A stretch of 64,000 nucleotides of DNA, from positions 87,358,001 to 87,422,000 of the forward strand of contig OZ024740.1 in assembly GCA_964016885.1 (NCBI GenBank), read 5' to 3'. The notes under the pieces are model-generated. The model was not told where the DNA came from, searched no databases, and saw nothing but the letters and a program-made list of their open reading frames with translations. The translations under genes were made by a program, and so were the position numbers. Below are positions 27,334 through 39,760 of the stretch, in pieces; position 1 is the stretch's first letter, and every line of letters starts with the position of its first letter. Source of the stretch: Eledone cirrhosa (taxonomy: Eukaryota).

Positions 27334-28095
27334 ATAAAACGATAACTCGCAAATAAGGAATTGATGATCTTCAGGATGGAATAAACACACTGACTGATGT
27401 CATAATTTGAAAACAGTAGTGTTAATTATAGGTTGATCAGTGTATCTTTTGTATTTATCACCTTATAATCCATGTAAAGAAGACTGTGAATGTTTATACA
27501 TTCAAAGACATTGAAATAGATGTAACTAGCAATGCTGATGCTACTAAACCAATTCTCTTGCCATGCACTGTAATTTTGCAGATAACATAAATGCATCTGA
27601 AGACAATATATTTCAATCCTCAAATTCTTACTCATGCAATGAGGACAGACAGCTATAATGGCTCCAAAGGTTTCTCTTGGGATTATTGATTCAGTTCAGC
27701 ATTGTTATTGTCGAATTTTAATTGTAGTTGATGTTCAGTGAGAAGTAATATAAATGAAGGAATGAGTTATACAAAAAGACATGTTCAGAGTTGAAGGACT
27801 GAACAATTTCTACTTTTATGGGTTCTTGGAAATGAGTGTCATAAGACTTAGAAAGATGAAAAGGCATGTTTAATTTGAGCAAGGCTCATCAGAATATGTG
27901 GCTGTCTTCAACAAATGATTATTATTTAGGTTCAAAATTGTGAAACCATAAACAAACTATTTGTCAAGTGATCAGTATGGTCAGTTTCTTTTGGCAACTT
28001 CATTTATAATTAGCAATCTCTTTCAAATGCTTAACAGAATTCCTTAGCAACATCATCATGCGTTTGTTTTAATTACATTTGCAGTGAATCTCCTC
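27334..28095 (-). pseudogene. ATR: ATR-like exon(s), FAT domain
   Basis: SQEKPLEPL*LSVLIA vs ATR SYRAKEPILALRRAL; NYSAWQENWFSSISIA vs YNEMVGECWLQSARVA; NYDISQCVYSI vs KGDVHQALIVL. Many stops; boundaries approximate. Confidence 0.55.
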
Positions 28096-28914
28096 TGAAA
28101 AGAGTGAACTACATTTAGTGGCATGCTGACAATGTTAACTCTCACATGCAATTTTACTTGACACAAATTAATTAAATTAATTATTAACCAATCAGTGTTT
28201 AGTGAGTTACTACATGTGTACCTAATTAGCGATACAGACCTGGTTATACATATACTATACTTTACAAAGAACAGGATGTCAACCATACACATGATACAGC
28301 TTGAAAAACATCTATATATTCCTTCATATGCTGTCATCACCAGAGTAAAAGACACACTTCATGAGATTTGCCATGAGAAAGTTCCCTTTGACGGGTTTTG
28401 TTTTTCATCTTGCAGGGTGTCCAAAAATTACCAAATCACATATACATACATATACATATCATCGTTTAACATCCATCTTCCACGCTAGCATGGTACACAC
28501 ACACACGCTCGTGCACACATCCATATGATCAACACACTCATAGTAAAGGTCTGCTGTGTTCACTGTTATTTAAGAACAGTCTTTTAGTTACCATGGCTTG
28601 TCAGAACAAATATTTCTTGATGATGAAGTTAAAGTCTATATCTACTACATACTTCTGCTACAGGGACATGTCACAACTCATGTAGCAAGGAAAAACATTA
28701 TTCACATTCTCTATTTTAGATAGACTAAAATAGTCTGATTCAGATTATTTCTTTCATTGGCTCCACACACACATTTACATACACACACACATTTACATAC
28801 ACACACATATATACACAGATCTGTATGAACAAAATGTGGTCTCTGGACTGAACTTGTCATCTGTCTATGTGACAATCTGTCTACCCCATGCAAGACTAAA
28901 AAATGGACTTTAAA

Positions 28915-30580
28915 TGATAATCATCATCATCATCACCGTTTTACGTCCGTTCTTCCACGCTAGCATGGGTTAGATGGGTTGTCCTATCTGGTCGGCTGAC
29001 CATGCCTTGCTCATACAGGAACTGATTTGGCTTGATTTCTACAGCTGGATGCCCTTCCTAACACCAACCTCATTTACAGTGAGTGCTGGGTGCTTTTTCG
29101 TGGCGCCTACACGTCCACTTTACAGTGTGGGCTGGGTGCTTTTTTGCTGTGGCACCTCCACGACCACCTTGTGGTGGGAGGTGTGGGGGCATATTGTCTA
29201 TATGCTTCAGTTTGTACCCATGGGAGGTCGGGTACTCTGTATTACTGCGTGATGCCAGAGGTCACGGTCGTGTGTCATCGCCTTTGAGAGGTGTAATTGG
29301 GTAAGGTCGGCTTTTATCACCTCATCCCAGGTCATCTTGGGTCTCCCCACTCCGTGGTTTCCATCGACTTCTAGTGCTCTGCACCTTTTTATGCAGCTGT
29401 CATCCTTCATACGCATCACATGTCCATACGAGCACAACCGCCTCGCCTGCACACAGCATTTGATTCCTCTTATGCTCAGTCTCTCTCTCAATTCATTTAT
29501 GCTTTGTCGTTCGCGTATATTACTGTTACACATCCATCGGAGCATGCAGGCTTCGTTTCTCTCTAATCTACGTAAGTCTTCCACCTTCAGCGCCCAGGTC
29601 TCACTACCATGCAACATCGCTGTTCGGATACATGCATCATACAGTCTGCCTTTCATTTTGAGGGAGAAGCCTTTTGCAGCTAGCACTGGTAGTAGTTCCC
29701 TAAACTTCTTCCATCCCGTTCTTACCCTAGTTATTGTACTTTCTGAACACCCACCTCCGCTGCTAATTCGGTCACCTAGGTAGCCGAAGCTGTCTACTGT
29801 TTCTACAGAGCCCTCCCAGAGATTGGTGGTACTTGTTTCCTGTGGCTGTTTGCTGCTTGCTGTCCCAGCACAGCTGCTGCATGTGAGGCCTACATTCTTA
29901 ATTAAGCTTCCTGAGATCCCGCTACATCTCTTGTGTACCCATTGTTTGCATTTGGGGCAGAGAATGGAGTTCCTACCTACACCTTTCCTACATACTGAGC
30001 AAGGCCATTTCCCTGAGGGGATCTGGGTTCTGTTTTCTCGTCTACTTACAAGGACCTTAGTCTTTGTCATGTTGACTTTGAGACCCTTTCTTTCTAGTCC
30101 CTGCTTCCAAGTTTGGAATTTCTTCTCTAGTTCTACCATAGATTCAGCTATAAGTGCAAGGTCATCTGCATACAGGCATTCCCATGGGCATCCGGTCTTA
30201 AACTCCTCTGTTATTTCCTGCAGGACTATGATGAACAGGAGAGGGCTAAGAACAGAGCCCTGGTGGACACCAACCTGTACGCTAAATTCCTCGCTATACT
30301 CATTGCTAATCCTAACTTTGCTGACTGCTCCCCTATACATGGCTTGTACAGCTTTCACAAAAGAGCCCACCAGATTACAGCACGTGGAACTCTCAAAGGC
30401 TTTCTGTCAAAGGCTTTCTCAAGGTCGACAAATGCCAGGTAGAGTGGCTTACTTTTAGCTAGGTACTTTTCCTGTAACTGCCTCACAAGGAAGAGGGCAT
30501 CAGTGGTGCCTCTTCCTGGTACAAACCCAAGTTGCATCTTGTCTAGTTTCACCCGGTCCCTAATCAACTGTGCTATACTA
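28915..30580 (-). mobile_element. RTE-clade LINE, 5'-truncated (second subfamily)
   Basis: 387-aa ORF with QGSVLSPLLF, LYADDL, YLG, LHGSETW and YGHVMRM; upstream FVDLEKAFDR is frameshifted; (TGA)n tail. Confidence 0.95.
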
Positions 30581-30590
30581 ATTAACTGTG

Positions 30591-30592
<2 letters not shown>

Positions 30593-30648
<56 letters not shown>
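30593..30648. repeat. (TA)n microsatellite
   Basis: Read directly. Confidence 0.95.
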
Positions 30649-30651
<3 letters not shown>

Positions 30652-31002
30652 GATAACAAGTTATCGTTATAGGTAATCCAGTTAGAGGCTGTGAGTACTC
30701 TGTATTGTGGATAGTTTTAACGTACGGTGTTGTTTGACTCAACAAGAGGTTTCCATCGTTAGGGAGCGAGTTCACGAGAATTCCTATACAAGTTATTCTT
30801 GGAGTAATAATAGTGAACGATTGAAGAATAACATGGTCAGCTGTACAAAAAGGTTTTATTTTCTAGTATTAACAATTGTTTCATAGATCAGGTGTGTTTC
30901 TGGCATTGGTATTTATAGATACGATGTAGAATCAAAACAATAACATCAATGATAAAAGATAATAATAAAGTAGTAAATAAATTAGAGTAAAGATGTAAAA
31001 AA

Positions 31003-31682
31003 ATAATTGTTTCTATATTTGACACAAGGCCAGCAATTACCCAGTGCATTACCTGTACTTTATTTTATCGACAACCCCGTAAGGATGAAAGGCAAAGTTA
31101 ACCTCTATGGGATTTGAACTCAGACCATAAAGGGACTTAACTATGCTGGATAGCCTGGCATCCTACCCTCTACCGATACTGCCAATCCACCGCCCTAGAT
31201 GTAAAAAAATAATTGTTTCTACTTTTGGCACAAGGCCAGCAATTAACCAGTATATTACTGGTACTTTATTTTATCGACCCCTGTAAGGATGAAAGGCAAA
31301 GTTAACCTGGGCGGGATTTGAACTCAGAACATAAAGGGACGTAACTATGCAAGAAAGCATGGCATCCAGCCCTCTACTGATAATAAGTACAGAATATGAT
31401 TGCTGATAATAGTGGTAGTGGTGGTGGTGGTGGTAGTGGTGATTAAAGTTACAGTGGTGAGTAAGTGTATGTGTGAAGACTTCCTGAGGTAGAGATAATA
31501 CTTGTTTCTACTTTAGGCACAAGGCCAGCAAAACCCAGTGCATTACTGGTACTTTATTTTATCGACCCCGTAAGGATGAAAGGCAAAGTCAAACTCGGAG
31601 GGAGTTGAACTCAGATCGTAAAGGGACGTAACTATGCTTGAAAGCATGGCGTCCGACCCTCTACTGATACTGCCAATCCACA
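31003..31682 (-). mobile_element. Three SINE family A copies (31003-31196, 31208-31380, 31497-31682)
   Basis: Family A domains; the first copy is flanked by the 18-bp duplication AGATGTAAAAAAATAATT (30991-31008, 31197-31214). Confidence 0.9.
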
Positions 31683-32293
31683 ATACTAACATGAAATTAG
31701 ACATTGGATACATGCATACATACTGATCAAATCTCAGAGGGTTAGAGTAGAAAATAAAAAATAGTAACAAAAGACAGATAAAAGACAAATTAAAAATTAA
31801 GTGTGAGGGGAAGAGATACAGGACAGGAGACAGATAGTGGTGGTGGTGATGTGATATGTGTGGTAAATGTCTGGCAAGCTGATTGTCTTATCTTAATGGA
31901 GGTGATGTGGCTTTAGGGAGTGAGTGAAAGAAAGGTTAGGAGATTTATGATGTTGATTTAGTGAAGAGTTGGTCAGTTGACAGCTCATAACAGTGGGGTA
32001 GTATGTAGTCAGTACATTAAAATCTGGGTGGTTCTGTTTGAATTCTGAGATTGATGGATGGAATCATGTTGGTTTGAAATTTGCAAACTTGGTAGCTGCT
32101 TTGGCCATTTGCAAAACCTCCAGTATTCCTATGATTTGATCAGAGGTAAACACTGTATTTAAGGTCAAGCGAGGCAACTTCTAGTGATTAGCAGCCTTTA
32201 GACTTACCTGATCAATGAAACAATTGTTAATACTAGAAATAAAACCTTTTTGTACAGCCGACCATGTTATTCTTCAATCTTTCACTATATATA

Positions 32294-32610
32294 TCATCAT
32301 CATCATCATTTTACATTCACTTTTCCCTGCTTGCAAGGGTGGGACAGGAACTGATTCTGGCTTGATTTCTACAGCTGGATGCCCTTCCTAACACCAACCT
32401 CATTTACAGTGAGTTCTGGGTGCTTTTTTGCAGTGGCATCTCCACGTGGAATGATATGGACCCAGTCCCTATCATCTCATTTCTACAGCTGAGTAAACTG
32501 GAGCAATGTGAAATAAAGTGTCTTGCTCAAGGAAACAACACATCACCCGGTCGGAGAATTGAACTCACAACCTTTCGATTGCAAGGCCAATGCTCTGACC
32601 ACTAAGCCAT
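32294..32610 (-). mobile_element. SINE family B: tRNA head, CORE-like middle, RTE-derived 3' tail
   Basis: Minus strand GGCTTAGTGGTCAGAG...GAGTTCAATTC, TCCTTGAGCAAGACAC...CAGCTGTAGAAATG, GGTGTTAGGAAGGGCATCCAGCTGTAGAAA, (TGA)n. Confidence 0.85.
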
Positions 32611-32757
32611 GTGCCTATATATAAAAAAGAAAAGTTCTGTTTACATGCCAACACAAGAGGAAGAGTGTAGGGTTTATTCTACTGACATGGTTTTAAAATT
32701 GAGGCTTGTTTGCATAATTGCAAACGAATCGAATGTTATTCGAAAAACTCAGATTAC

Positions 32758-32816
<59 letters not shown>

Positions 32817-32919
32817 ATTTCCATAAATAAATGAAATAATTATCTTATGCTGTTTATTACATAACTATATATATATATATACATTCTTCCTACACCTTTA
32901 AAAGCATTTTTTTACATAC

Positions 32920-33166
32920 AAATAGAAATATAAACAACTAATCAGTCTAATATTTTGCATTAATATTTGCAAGTTAGCTTGCACTATGTAATGCTATCAA
33001 CTATAATCTATAATATTGGAGCTAAATACTGCAAACGAGACTGGTGCACGATGCTAGTTAGAAGATTTGAACATATTACATTTAGTTCAATAGCTAACCA
33101 CTTTAACCAGATATCTACCATCACGCATAATCTAGTTTTATTGTTTTGTTTATTTCAAATGACTTC
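32920..33166 (-). pseudogene. ATR: ATR-like exon, FAT domain
   Basis: DIWLKWLAIEL...SIVHQSRLQYLAPI vs ATR TTWSVRLGQLL...SLKLVRAEQIVPL; tattag| acceptor. Confidence 0.45.
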
Positions 33167-33406
33167 CTAATAAGTGGCAACCATATAAGATAAAATTGAC
33201 ATATCATCACAATATGTAAGCCATAGTAAACAAAAACACTCAATAACAGTGTTCTTTTTCATTAGTAAAAAGCAAGAAACAGAAATATTTATAAATTGTT
33301 GAGCTGACAAGAAGTTGAGTTGAAACATAAATTATGGAAAACAAAACAAATTTAGATGAAATATTTTATCATCATACAATGAATCCTCCAAAGAACATAA
33401 AATTAC

Positions 33407-33544
33407 ACATGCCAAATAGTGATGAATGTTGGTAACAACTAGCTTATCATGATGCTTCCATCATCATGAAAGGCTTTTGCTTACTATCCTTTTCTTTTTT
33501 CCTGCTTGATAGTTTCGGAGCAATATTTGTTAAGATAGATAATT
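33407..33544 (-). pseudogene. ATR: ATR-like exon, FAT domain (EAAW motif)
   Basis: KPFMMMEAS**ASCY vs ATR NTYRVEAAWKLSQW, with TGA at the conserved Trp. Confidence 0.45.
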
Positions 33545-33904
33545 CTGTATGTGTCAAAACAGGTTAGCTAAAAGGATTTTTACTTCTCTTCTCATATGAA
33601 TGTATTATTATTTATCAAAACATATTGAAAGACAAGCTGACATTAATAAAAGGTGGTGGTGGGATGAAATTCGAAATTTGTGTAAAAAGAAATATGAGGA
33701 GAGGATAAAAAATACTTATGAGAGGTAATGACTGTAAGAATATGATTGTGAATACAAGTAGTTGAAATGGGGTTCCTCTGAAGAGTCTTTGGAATAATGA
33801 AACTCAAAAGAGTACATAGTATGGAGATCAAGGGGTCACTACAAGCAGAGCTGCTACTTCTTTGAATTCAGCGATCAGGGCTTCAATACTACATACATGT
33901 GGTC

Positions 33905-34080
33905 ATAGTGTCTAAGGAAAGACTTTTTGTACAGATTTTACAGGCAAAAATCAACTGACAAGAGACCCAGGGTTCGACCCCCAAGCAAGATGATTGGATA
34001 ACATCATTGCACTTGGTCACTCACGCTTGGGGATCTAGCCAGATCAACTAGTGACATGCTTCTGACAGGACCTGCTGAAA
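33905..34080 (+). mobile_element. Old RTE (Expander-like) 3' fragment
   Basis: Homologous to 50515-50740 (GATC[T/C]AGCCAGATCAA...GCTTCTGACAGGACCTGC); RP.ARxLDNI...ASDRT-like motif. Confidence 0.55.
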
Positions 34081-34839
34081 GTCTTCCCAGTTTGTTACTC
34101 ATGTTTGTGGATGTGATATAATTTTTGATTGGCCAGGTTTCCCTAACAGATACTAAATTCAGGTACAAATCCTCTATTGTAGAGTACTTTACCAACATTT
34201 AAGGGCAAAGGAACAGCAACTGTCATGCCTCTGATTCTTGAGTTCACATTGCCTGCCATCAACAGATTATATGTGCATAAAAAATGAGACTGGACAGTCG
34301 AAGAAAGTTCAACATATATCCAATCTTCCACGCTACATCCCATATAATTTATCACTACAAGTTGAAGTATCCAGTCGGGTCCTCAGCTAGGCAGCAGCAT
34401 GGTATAGCTAGAAAAACGGATTTGTAGGCTGTGCAAGGTCGTTTGACTAGGGCTGCTCAATCATAGCTCAAGAGCATTGCATATCAGAATGCACAGCATC
34501 ATCCTCTGGATGAGGGGCTCCCAACCTTTTCTGCATCATTAAATATTTAAAAGCATACCAGAAATGTTTGGTAAAAGTTTGTTATTGGTTTGTTAACTGA
34601 CTATTAACTAAATCTAATTACATCTCTTTATTTGCTTGGTTCAAAGGATACTGAGATCAACATTGTCTTTCACTTCTCTGGAGTCAACTGAACTGATAAT
34701 ACCCTAATTCTAATGTAAAATTCATTATTGACAATAATATATTTTTTTATATATTGTTAATATTGTATTTATCAAGAAGGAAAATGGTGATGACATTTTC
34801 TTATTTCAGGTAAAATCAAATTATAAAATCAAATATTCA

Positions 34840-34992
34840 TATGTTCATCAGAATAACTAATTCAATTCATAATATGTCATTAGTGTTGCTCAAAACAATT
34901 TCAGAAGAAGAGGTGACATTAATGATTTTCTATAAATATTTTAAAATCCAGCTTTCAAAAACAACATCATTGTCAGCATTCCACATAATTCT
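34840..34992 (-). pseudogene. ATR: ATR-like exon, FAT domain (weak)
   Basis: catcatttag| acceptor, phase-compatible with the preceding exon. ELCGMLTMMLFL vs ATR HYHGVVKSMLGL; 3' end unknown. Confidence 0.4.
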
Positions 34993-35133
34993 CTAAATGA
35001 TGAGATACAGATGAAATCCATAACTGCAGTTTATTACAGATCACTAAGTAAGTGACACAATAACTAATTTGCCAAACAACAATACATTCAACTTCAAAAT
35101 AGTGGAGCAAATTACATCTATTATTAGCTGTAC

Positions 35134-35300
35134 CTGATATAAATTGACATGGTTTATGAACTGAGTGAAAAAGAGAAGTTGAACATGTCCAAATTTGATG
35201 CTACTGCCAATCAATTCAGCAAACTTAATGTGCTTCGCAGAATTTCACATAGAAATATAAAATGATATTAATTACTCATAAAGAAATATATCAACGTAAG
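35134..35300 (-). pseudogene. ATR: ATR-like exon, start of FAT domain
   Basis: ttctttaaacag| ... |gtacag. LTLIYFFMSN*YHFIFLCEILRSTLSLLN*LAVASNL is colinear without gaps with ATR LQKLYAAMHEPDGVAGVSAIRKAEPSLKEQILEHESL. Confidence 0.6.
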
Positions 35301-36099
35301 CTGTTTAAAGAACGAGACATAATTTCTTACTAAATTTATTATGAATTACATTTTGTGCTTAGTTCTACAGTTGTTTTCACTATATCTCAAAATTTGATGA
35401 TCATTTTGGCGGCTTGATAAAAGTCATCCAGTCCACACTGTAAATGGGGTTGGCACATAGCCATAGAAACCAAGCCAGAAACCGTTTTGTATGAGCAAGA
35501 CAGTCACCTGACCTGATTTGTCTCAATGTGACAATCCATCTAACCCATACAAGCATGGAAATTAGACATTAATCAGTGATGATGACACTGATAACGAAGA
35601 ACTAATATGAATGTCTTTGAGTACTTCATTCCCCAATAAATTAATGCTTTGCTCTAAAAGTCTAGAAAACAAATAATTCTATCCCTTGAAACTTATCTGT
35701 GTGTGTCTCGTGAGACTATGGTTCCTCTCCATGCATGCAAATTTCTCCTCTCCACAGCTCTTTGTGTTTTGAGTTCGCCTACAACTGTACTGATGCCAAG
35801 TTGTATCAGCCCTTGCCTTTCCCTTGGACAGCCTCAGTGGCATTTCTTTGCAGAAGTTGTTTATTTCACAAAGCATAATCCAATATAACTCTTTCTTTTT
35901 AAAATAAGATGTGTATTCTAGAAGATCAAACCACTATGTAAAGCTCCCAAAACATTTGAAAATCCTGCTAAAATTCTAATGTTTTGTTGAAAGAAAGAAG
36001 GAATACAATATAACTGGTTTTACATTTTTTTGTCTTATCTTACTGTGTACGGAATCAACCAGATGGATAGGTATCTTTCCCTATATATAATCATACAGT

Positions 36100-36251
36100 T
36101 TTGGTTTCATAATTTTTTTCTCTTTCAGATCATGTATGAAAAATGAGAAATATCTTTTTATATAAAAATTACATAACTTCAGAAAACATATCAGCTTCAA
36201 TAGCTAGAGTACTCTTTCTTACATAGAAGAATCTCAATTAGTTTAAAGATT
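36100..36251 (-). pseudogene. ATR: ATR-like exon just before the FAT domain
   Basis: Strong polypyrimidine acceptor (ttttgtttttcttgatccag|). KLIEILLCKKEYSS vs ATR TLAVASFRSKAYTR; 3' end unknown. Confidence 0.45.
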
Positions 36252-36361
36252 CTGGATCAAGAAAAACAAAAATGGAAAAAAGAAAGAGAAATGAATGGTG
36301 ATGTTAAATATGTAGATGAAGGAAAGACATGTATAATACATGTAGGCAATTTTACATTTAC

Positions 36362-36906
36362 ATTCATTTTCATCAAATATTCCTTTACTGATAATTTCAA
36401 TACTTGTTGACTGCAGAAGTCTGAAATATGGAGATAATGTTTAATGAAATTCAAGAGGCACCATAGCTCATTCCAGTCTTTAAAGAGCATTTCGATATTC
36501 AACTACTCAAGATGTGAGAAATATTGGTTGATGCAAATCTTTATAATGCTAGACATACTTAATGCAAAGCTAAGGAAATAAGTCAGTTTGATACAGCAGC
36601 ATGTTTCAATGATCGATGGATGCACATCATAAATGGAAGTGTTTGGAAAGTTTACAGAAAGACAATGGCAAGATGAAAGGCAATATTTGAAAGCAATGAT
36701 AGATCTCCAAGTAAAGAATTTCATGGAAGTGTTAGGTTTATTAGAATTATTGAGTGATGTAGGAATGTAAATGAGAAGACAATGTGTTGTTGGCTTTAGT
36801 AAAAGTTGTGTTTGCACCAATGAACCTGGCAAAGTTGTTGACATAAGAGAACTACAGTTCAAACAATTTGCAAGTAATTGACCACTAACCAATATTTATA
36901 ACTTTT
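36362..36906 (-). pseudogene. ATR: ATR-like large exon, HEAT region
   Basis: ORFs 36503-36892 and 36257-36502 are one frame split by a single TAG. QTQLLLKP, MKFFTWRSIIA, KLTYFLSFAL, LWCLLNFI, LSVKEYLMKM vs ATR HVREILEP, SNFAEWSASWA, VTIYLLPHIL, VFSMLDHL, QSVTRFLDLI. Confidence 0.65.
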
Positions 36907-36917
36907 CTAAATAGAAA

Positions 36918-36995
36918 AGGCTTAGTTCAGAAATGAATAATTAAAATAGATTTCTATTTATTCAAGCTGAATAAATTAGCCTTGAGATTATTTCC

Positions 36996-37047
<52 letters not shown>

Positions 37048-37122
37048 GGAAATAATCTCAAGGCTAATTTATTCAGCTTGAATAAATAGAAATCAATTTT
37101 AATTATTCATTTCTGAACTAAG

Positions 37123-37125
<3 letters not shown>
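36918..37125. repeat. Near-perfect 81-bp inverted repeat around a (TA)n tract
   Basis: 36918-36998 equals the reverse complement of 37045-37125 with one mismatch; a second (TA)n follows to ~37156. Confidence 0.97.
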
Positions 37126-37159
<34 letters not shown>

Positions 37160-38059
37160 AGAAATAACAATTTGAATTGATCAACGTCAATATATCATTT
37201 CATAGTTATACCTAGTTTTAGTTCCTTCTTTTGATTCAAAAAGTGACGGGGGGTTGGGGGGGGGGAAGACATATCATAGTCAAGCCTCTAGAGCCCAAAG
37301 GGGTGCATAACTTAGTTTTTAAAGTTCCAAGTGTATGAGTATACAACCCTGACTAGGCAGGCAACATGATTATCACAGGTATCTTTTCTGAGAGATTTAA
37401 ATGCAGCACCATTATAGAAGCAAAATTACATAAATATTACTTACTTCAATAACTTTTACCTGGATATTAATCAATGGTAAATAAAAGCTAAGTGATTATC
37501 ATTAGCACAGCAGTGTAATCCATGATTACAATGCCATGTTAATAATAAGGTACTAATCACTTATCTACAGGCTTCTATCTTGTAGATCTATGTTATGGTG
37601 GTCCATGGGGAATTTTATAAGACTAAAGGAATTCATTTATACTTTTGTTTTCTTTCTTTTTACAAAAGGCAATTTAAATTTTATGTAGCATAATGTAATT
37701 GAATAAATTTATATTTGGTAGTAGATGAAGTTGAACACCTTTTGAAAAATGTTGTTCATTATTGCTGTAGACTGCTAACTCAAACATATGATGGTCTTGA
37801 AGCATCATGAAAATTTAATACAGCATTACCATTAATGCCAATATTATCAGTGGTGCAGTTGAAATTGGTAAATGGATAGTATATGGTTAAATAGTGACCC
37901 TTTTAACTAAAAACTGTATGCCTCATGAATAAATTAATATAACTGCCATGGAAGGCAGACAGTTTAGCTCAATGCTTTATATTTGGGAAGTAATAAATCA
38001 ATCTGCAAAATCATTTCATCTGCCTGTCACCCTCTTCCCTGGCTGCTGGTTTCTGTCCT

Positions 38060-38580
38060 CTGAGGCATTTTTGCATTAAGCTGTTTTAAGGGCTGTTCTA
38101 ACAATGAGTTTTCTCATTTTTATATGTATTCAAAGTATTTTCATAATCCAAGGTTGATAAATATTATAGTAAGGTCAAGGCATCAATACTATTTTAAACA
38201 ACCTGACATTGGTTGTTATTATCTTTCAGCTCATTTTTTTCGATGTCTTACAAGATATTAATTAAACTTTCATATTTATTTTTACAATTCCATCACCAAC
38301 ACTATTAATACGATAAAATGAAATTAGATTCTTAATGCTACTCTATTTCCCATGTATATTAAAACAACAAAGAAATTATATAATTTAAAACTTTTAAACA
38401 AATGCATTAATGAACTATCTTCAAGTATGTCACATCTCATTGAACACAATCACATGGAATACAAGAAATTTCTAGAATCACAGCCTTCGGCAAATTGTCA
38501 CATCCATGAGCAAACAGCTACCTTGATACAATGTTTACAATGTGAACCAAAGACAATAAGATATAATCATGTCCTCAAGA
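38060..38580 (-). pseudogene. ATR: ATR-like exon(s), UME domain and following HEAT repeat
   Basis: gtgttttttaag| acceptor. KVAVCSWM*QFAEGCD vs ATR ELCCRAWDCFVRCLD; FFVVLIYMGNRVAL vs IFHYLIIENRDAV; KNE/LIVRTALK vs QHENVDVRIHALT. Confidence 0.6.
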
Positions 38581-38835
38581 CTTAAAAAACACAAACACAC
38601 ATACAAAATACGTTTTATTTCACACCACAAACATAATACATTGAACTAATCTAGATCTCTACCTTCTTTCAAGACAAATCATTTCAGTTATTAGTCTATA
38701 TTGTGGAGCAATATCTATATAGAAAATCATAATCAATCCCTAGTATTAGGAGGTATATTGGTGAATATGTATGCCCTTAAGACTAGGCTACAGTGATGGA
38801 AAAATGCTAAAGAAGACCCAACAGTAATATGAAGT

Positions 38836-39113
38836 TGCGGGTGATGTGTTGTTTCCTTGAGCAAGACACTTTATTTCACATTGCTCCAGTTTACTCAGCT
38901 GTAGAAATGAGATGATAGGACTGGGGTTCATAGCATTCCACTGCAAAGTGGTCGTGGAGGTGCCACGGCAAAAAAGCACCCAGCACTCACTGTAAATGAG
39001 GTTGGTGTTAGGAAGGGCATCCAGCTGTAGAAATCAAGCCAGAATCAGTTCCCGTCCCACCCTTGCAAGCAGGGAAAAGCGGACGTAAAATGAAATGATG
39101 ATGATGATGATGA
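38836..39113 (+). mobile_element. SINE family B, 5'-truncated
   Basis: Near-identical to the reverse complement of 32294-32550; RTE-type tail and (TGA)n. Confidence 0.85.
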
Positions 39114-39365
39114 ATCCACCCAAGGGCCAAGGATAGCAAGTGCCAGACATATCTCTTTGAACCAGTGGTAATGGAAACAGCTGGTGTCATGAATAAATCA
39201 ATGCCATTAGGGCATAAATAGCTGAAGTGATAGAAGTAGATTGAATATCATGGTCGTGGCAACAAAATTGGCCAAGCATTTATGTCTGGCAATGGTTTGT
39301 GTGTCACTACACTGCTGGAAGATTGATGGCCCTCTAGATTTTTGGCTGGTATTATTTACTTATTC

Positions 39366-39580
39366 TGGGCAGTAGATTGGCTGTATCAGTAGAGCATTGG
39401 GCTCCATGCTTTGTGGCATATCGTCATATCTCTTTACATTCCGAGTTCAAATCCTGCTGAGGTTAACTTTGCCTTTCATTTTTATGGAATCGACAAAATA
39501 AAGTACCAGTGATGCACTGGGGTTAATTCAATTGACTTTCCTCTTCCCACCAAATCATTGGCCTTGTGCCTAAATCAAAC
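39366..39580 (+). mobile_element. SINE family A
   Basis: Head, central domain and GGCCTTGTGCC tail. Confidence 0.8.
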
Positions 39581-39610
39581 CATTATTAACTATTTCTCCA
39601 CTTCCAATAC

Positions 39611-39697
39611 CATTTATCCTCTTTTCCTCACTATTTGATAATTGACAGACTAAATCATATAAGGGTGAACAATAATTACAACTAAAAATTGGCATTG
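39611..39697 (-). pseudogene. ATR: ATR-like exon, UME region (open, 87 nt, phase 1-1)
   Basis: gttttcacag| ... |gtattg. MPIFSCNYCSPLYDLVCQLSNSEEKRIN; phases match both neighbours. Confidence 0.55.
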
Positions 39698-39760
39698 CTG
39701 TGAAAACAGATATTAAATGACAATAATGATGATGGAAAAAATTGTTATGCATTACATAAC

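Noticed and set aside
36440-36480. NELWCLLNF resembles the SNF2 helicase ELWxLLNF motif
   Set aside because: The upstream TGTPxQN motif is absent, and the segment fits colinearly in the ATR-like model.
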